Part shown: in pieces, positions 60,275-64,000 of the stretch
Layout: each line of letters opens with the position of its first letter
Numbering within the stretch: position 1 is the stretch's first letter
DNA from: Eledone cirrhosa
Taxonomy: Eukaryota
DNA length: 64,000 nucleotides
Direction: 5' to 3'
Assembly (NCBI GenBank): GCA_964016885.1
Contig: OZ024743.1
Location: 319,672,001-319,736,000, forward strand
The notes under the pieces: generated by a model
What the model was told of the DNA's origin: nothing
What the model saw: only the letters and a program-made list of their open reading frames with translations
The model's database searches: none
Made by a program: the position numbers and the translations under genes

Positions 60275-60677
60275 AAATGTAACTACGATTATGCTATTAC
60301 CCTAGATAAGGATATTTGTACAAACTATATATAGATATACTAGGTGTTAATGAAACGGTATACATTTAATAAAGAATAATAATTACAATCATTGTTATTA
60401 GTTTTATACAAATGTAACTACGATTATGTTATTATACTAGATAAAGATATTTGTACAAACTATATATAGATATACTAGGTATTAATGAAACCGTATACAT
60501 TTAATAAAGAATAACAATTATAATATTTGTTAGTAGTTTTACATAAATGTAACTACGATTATGTTATTACACTAGATAAAGATATTTGTACAAACTATAT
60601 ATAGATATACTAGGTATTAATGAAACGGTATACATTTAATAAAAAATATCGATTATAATCATAGTTAGTAGTTTTAT
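60275..60677. repeat. ~135-bp tandem repeat x3 inside the pLTR (two copies in the mirror arm, ~63060-63325)
   Basis: aaatgtaactacgattatg...ctagataa.gatatttgtacaaac at about 60275, 60410 and 60545. Confidence 0.85.
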
Positions 60678-60773
60678 TTCCAGTTCAGTGGAGAAATAAA
60701 CCAATATTTGTCAGCTATTATGGTTTGTTAAATATACATAAAAAAGCAAAGCGCAAGTCCAACTTTCTGAGTC

Positions 60774-62600
60774 CTCAAGATCACAAAAGAAACTTCGAAG
60801 AAGACCTGCCAGTTAGACTGATTGCTCCATCCAAATCGGATATTGGAGTAATCAGTAAAAATATTATTGATAGAATTCTACCTACTCTGAAATTGAGGTC
60901 TAAATTGAGCTTGTGGAAGGATACAATCGAAGTCATCGAATGGTATAAGAATATAGATGATAAGAAAAACCGTAAGTTCATCCAGATGGACATAAGCTAT
61001 TATTCTTCCATAACGCCCAACCTACTAAATAAGGCTCTATCATACGCTTACAAGCATACTGATCTAACTACGGATGAAATTGATATCATATTAACTGCTA
61101 GAAGAACTCTTATTAAGTTCAGCAATGAGTATTGGACCCGCTCAGATAGAAATAGAAACTTTGACTTTACCATGGGGTCATCTGATTCAGCGCAAATCAC
61201 AGATCTTCTGGGGATTTTCATCTTAAATATGATAAATAGAAAACTGCCGGAGATTACCGGTGGTTTATATAGGGACGATATTTTATTTACGGTTGTCAAA
61301 CACAACAATATTGAACTAAATAGAGTAAAGAAAAGCATAATAGAATTCTTTAAAATGTTACGACCTTAAACTAGAAGTAGAAAGTGGTACCAAAATAGTT
61401 AATTTCCTTGATGTTACGTTTAACTTAAACTCTGGTCTTTATTACCCTTTCCATAAGATCAATGAAAACTTAAACTATGTTAGTTACTACTCCAATCACC
61501 CTAAGTCAGTGAAAAAAGCAATTGTAAATAGCGTGCAAAAACGCATTAACAGAATATCTGCCAATAAAGCAATATTTGAAGAAAATGCGGGATATTACAA
61601 TAATGCGCTAAAAAAGGCAGGTTATAAAAATAATATAGAATATGTAGACAATAATAGTCCAAGTTCTAATCCTGATAAAAATAATGACACATATAAACGA
61701 AATTCTATAAATTCTAGTAATTATAATCCAGATAAAAATAATGGCAAATATAAACGAAATTCTATAAATTCTAGTAATTATAATTCAAACACCTGTACTG
61801 TGAATAAATCGGGGAAAAGAACCAGAACTAAATCAGTTATATGGTTTGACCCCCCCCCCCCCTGCGCGCTTCTGTAGCAGTAAGAACACCAATAGCTAAT
61901 CTATTCTTTAAAGCTTTGGATAGCTCATTCCCTAGTCAACATAAATACAATTCCATTTTTAATAGACACACTATTAAATTATCTTATTCTACAACTATGA
62001 ATATGGCCCAAAACATCGCTAAAATAAACAGTAAAAATCTAAATCAAAATCAACATAATGATATTAATAATAGTGTTAATATAAATAATAATAAATCAAA
62101 ATGTAATTGTAGAAATAAACCAGATTGCCCTCTGCAAAATAATTGTTTGGATAGAAATTTGGTGTATAAATGCATCGTAAAAACAAATAACAACACATAC
62201 AACTACATAGGAGCAACTTCTACATTTAAGGCTAGATTTGCGAATCATAAATGCTCATTCTCGAATTCTAATAGGAAATCTTCGACTTCTTTATCACAGC
62301 TTATATGGTCATTAAAAGACAAAAATTTAAAATACTCGATCTTTTGGACGAAGCTTTGTAATAGTGGAGTTTATCTCAACTTCTGTACAAAGGAGACCCG
62401 AGGTTGACTTTTCCTTTCATCCTTACGGGGTCGATAAAATAAAGTACCAGTAATACACTGGGTAATTGCTGGCCTTGTGCCTAACGTAGAAACAATTAAT
62501 AATTAATAATTATGAAAACTTAATTCACAAAAAAAGTGAATTATTCTCAAACTGCCTTCATAAAGCTTTGTCTACATTCCAAGCCTCACAAAAAGTCAGG
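60774..62600 (+). pseudogene. Penelope-like RT + GIY-YIG ORF, frameshifted and SINE-interrupted
   Basis: DHKRNF...VRLIAPSKSDIG.ISK, FTMGSSDSAQITDL, GLYRDD, VNFLDVTFNL, CNCR...CPLQNNCL..NLVYKC...YIGAT..FKARFANH, LSQLIWSLK, FCTKE, and after the SINE LIHKKSELFSNCLHK. Confidence 0.88.
62404..62497 (+). mobile_element. 5'-truncated SINE (family 1) inserted in the GIY-YIG C-terminus
   Basis: gaggttgacttttcctttcatcc...gctggccttgtgcc; the PLE frame resumes after it. Confidence 0.85.
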
Positions 62601-63463
62601 AAGAAACACTAAGCAATCAAGCCTGATTTTCGACGTCTATCATCAACTGTTGAACATATAAGTTTATAAAACTTTAATAATTGCTTTATCTTCTAATCAT
62701 TTATAATGGAATTAATGTTTGAATGAATGACACTTTTTTGAAAATTTGTTTACTTGATAGATATGCATGCCCTAGGGTTTTGGGGATATTTTTGACTTTG
62801 GCTCAGATCTTTATTTTTCTGTCTATGTTAAATATACACTTTAGATATCTAACCTATAGATTTACTGATTTTAATTTGAACTATGGATAATTCATGCGTT
62901 TACATATTTTATGTATATATATATTTTTTTTACTCATTTTGCGAGGGTTTGGGGGGACTCAGAAAGTTGGACTTGTGCTTTGCTTTTTTATGTATATTTA
63001 ACAAACCATAATAGCTGACAAATATTGGTTTATTTCTCCACTGAACTGGAGGTAAAACTACTAACTCTGATTATAATCGATATTTTTTATTAAATGTATA
63101 CCGTTTCATTAATACCTAGTATATCTATATATAGTTTGTACAAATATCTTTATCTAGTATAATGTAACATAATCGTAGTTACATTTGTATAAAATTAAAA
63201 ACAAGGATTGTAATTATTATTCTTTATTAAATGTATACCGTTTCATTAACACCTAGTATATCTATATATAGTTTGTACAAATATCCTTATCTGGGGTAAT
63301 AGCATAATCGTAGTTACATTTATATAAATAATTAAAACACTCAAATGACATTATTATAAATGTTTCGTTTTCCCTGGAAGGTCGAACTTATATAATAATT
63401 TACTTAATACAATATATGAACAAATAATAAATTGTAGTCTTGGTATATTATGATCAATACACA

Positions 63464-63653
63464 GGGCGGTGGATTGGGAGTATCGGTAGAGGCTCGGACG
63501 CCATGCTTTGACGCATAGTGTTACGGCCATTGCCATTCTGAGTTCAAATCCCGCCGAGGTTAACTTTGCCTTTCATCCTTACGGGGTCGATAAAATAAAG
63601 TACCAGTAATACACTGGGTAATTTTCTGGCCTTGTGCCAAAAGTAGAAACAAT
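63464..63653 (+). mobile_element. Full-length SINE (family 1) with target-site duplication
   Basis: attatgatcaatacaca at 63447-63463 and 63652-63668; absent from the mirror arm near 60140. Confidence 0.92.
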
Positions 63654-64000
63654 TATGATCAATACACACATATATGTATGGCTGAAAATTCTGACCTCTT
63701 AAGTTTAATTATAGGACCTGTTAATACTTTAGGCACTCTATTTTACAATAAATTCCTTAATAGTTATAACTGTAAATATCTCATAAATTATATTATAGAA
63801 ACTGTTGTCAATATTAGAAGTAATTTTTGGCAAAGATTACCTTTGTGGGATATCGAACATTACATGTATATTTTTCTTTCTTTCGCGGGTTTTGTAAATC
63901 CTTTAAATATGTCTTCATAAAATTTGAATTTTAGAAATTTAACACAATTATATTATAATATTAATACAAATACCCATCAACTTTTAAAACCTATAATTTG

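Larger units (their letters stand above)
59272..63960 (+). mobile_element. 5'-truncated Penelope-like element (Naiad-like motifs) preceded by an inverted copy of its 3' pLTR
   Basis: Coding remnants span 60774 to ~62600; 59836-60773 is the reverse complement of 62956-63960; HHR at 59414-59478(-). Confidence 0.88.

Overview
AT-rich eukaryotic (animal) DNA made almost entirely of repeats. The tRNA-derived SINEs and the dense (TA)n/(CA)n/(GATA)n/(CATA)n microsatellites point to an octopus or other coleoid cephalopod (inference). I see no host gene, and most ORFs in the track are microsatellite translations. Conventional content: five Tx1-clade (L1) LINE copies joined head-to-tail through (TATC)n, two R4/Dong LINE pieces in (CATA)n, two decayed Penelope-like elements (RT + GIY-YIG), a Gypsy integrase relic, a short non-coding LTR element with PBS, PPT and a 4-bp TSD, three Helitron pieces and many SINEs. 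The main unexplained signal is about 28 type-I hammerhead ribozyme (HHR) motifs, read by eye, from several unrelated families. Most lie in fold-back (inverted) insertions bounded by (TA)n, with the ribozyme strand always pointing outward from the fold-back centre. Three families form non-coding tandem arrays with one ribozyme per unit (467, ~593 and ~320 bp), i.e. retrozyme-like elements. Two of these have a compensated UUGAUAA (U3-A8) core. A further family has an unusual UUGAAAA...GCAA core. One HHR family is physically attached to a Penelope-like element, a candidate mobilising partner. Coordinates were counted by hand and may be off by a few bases; no folding, alignment or database search was run.
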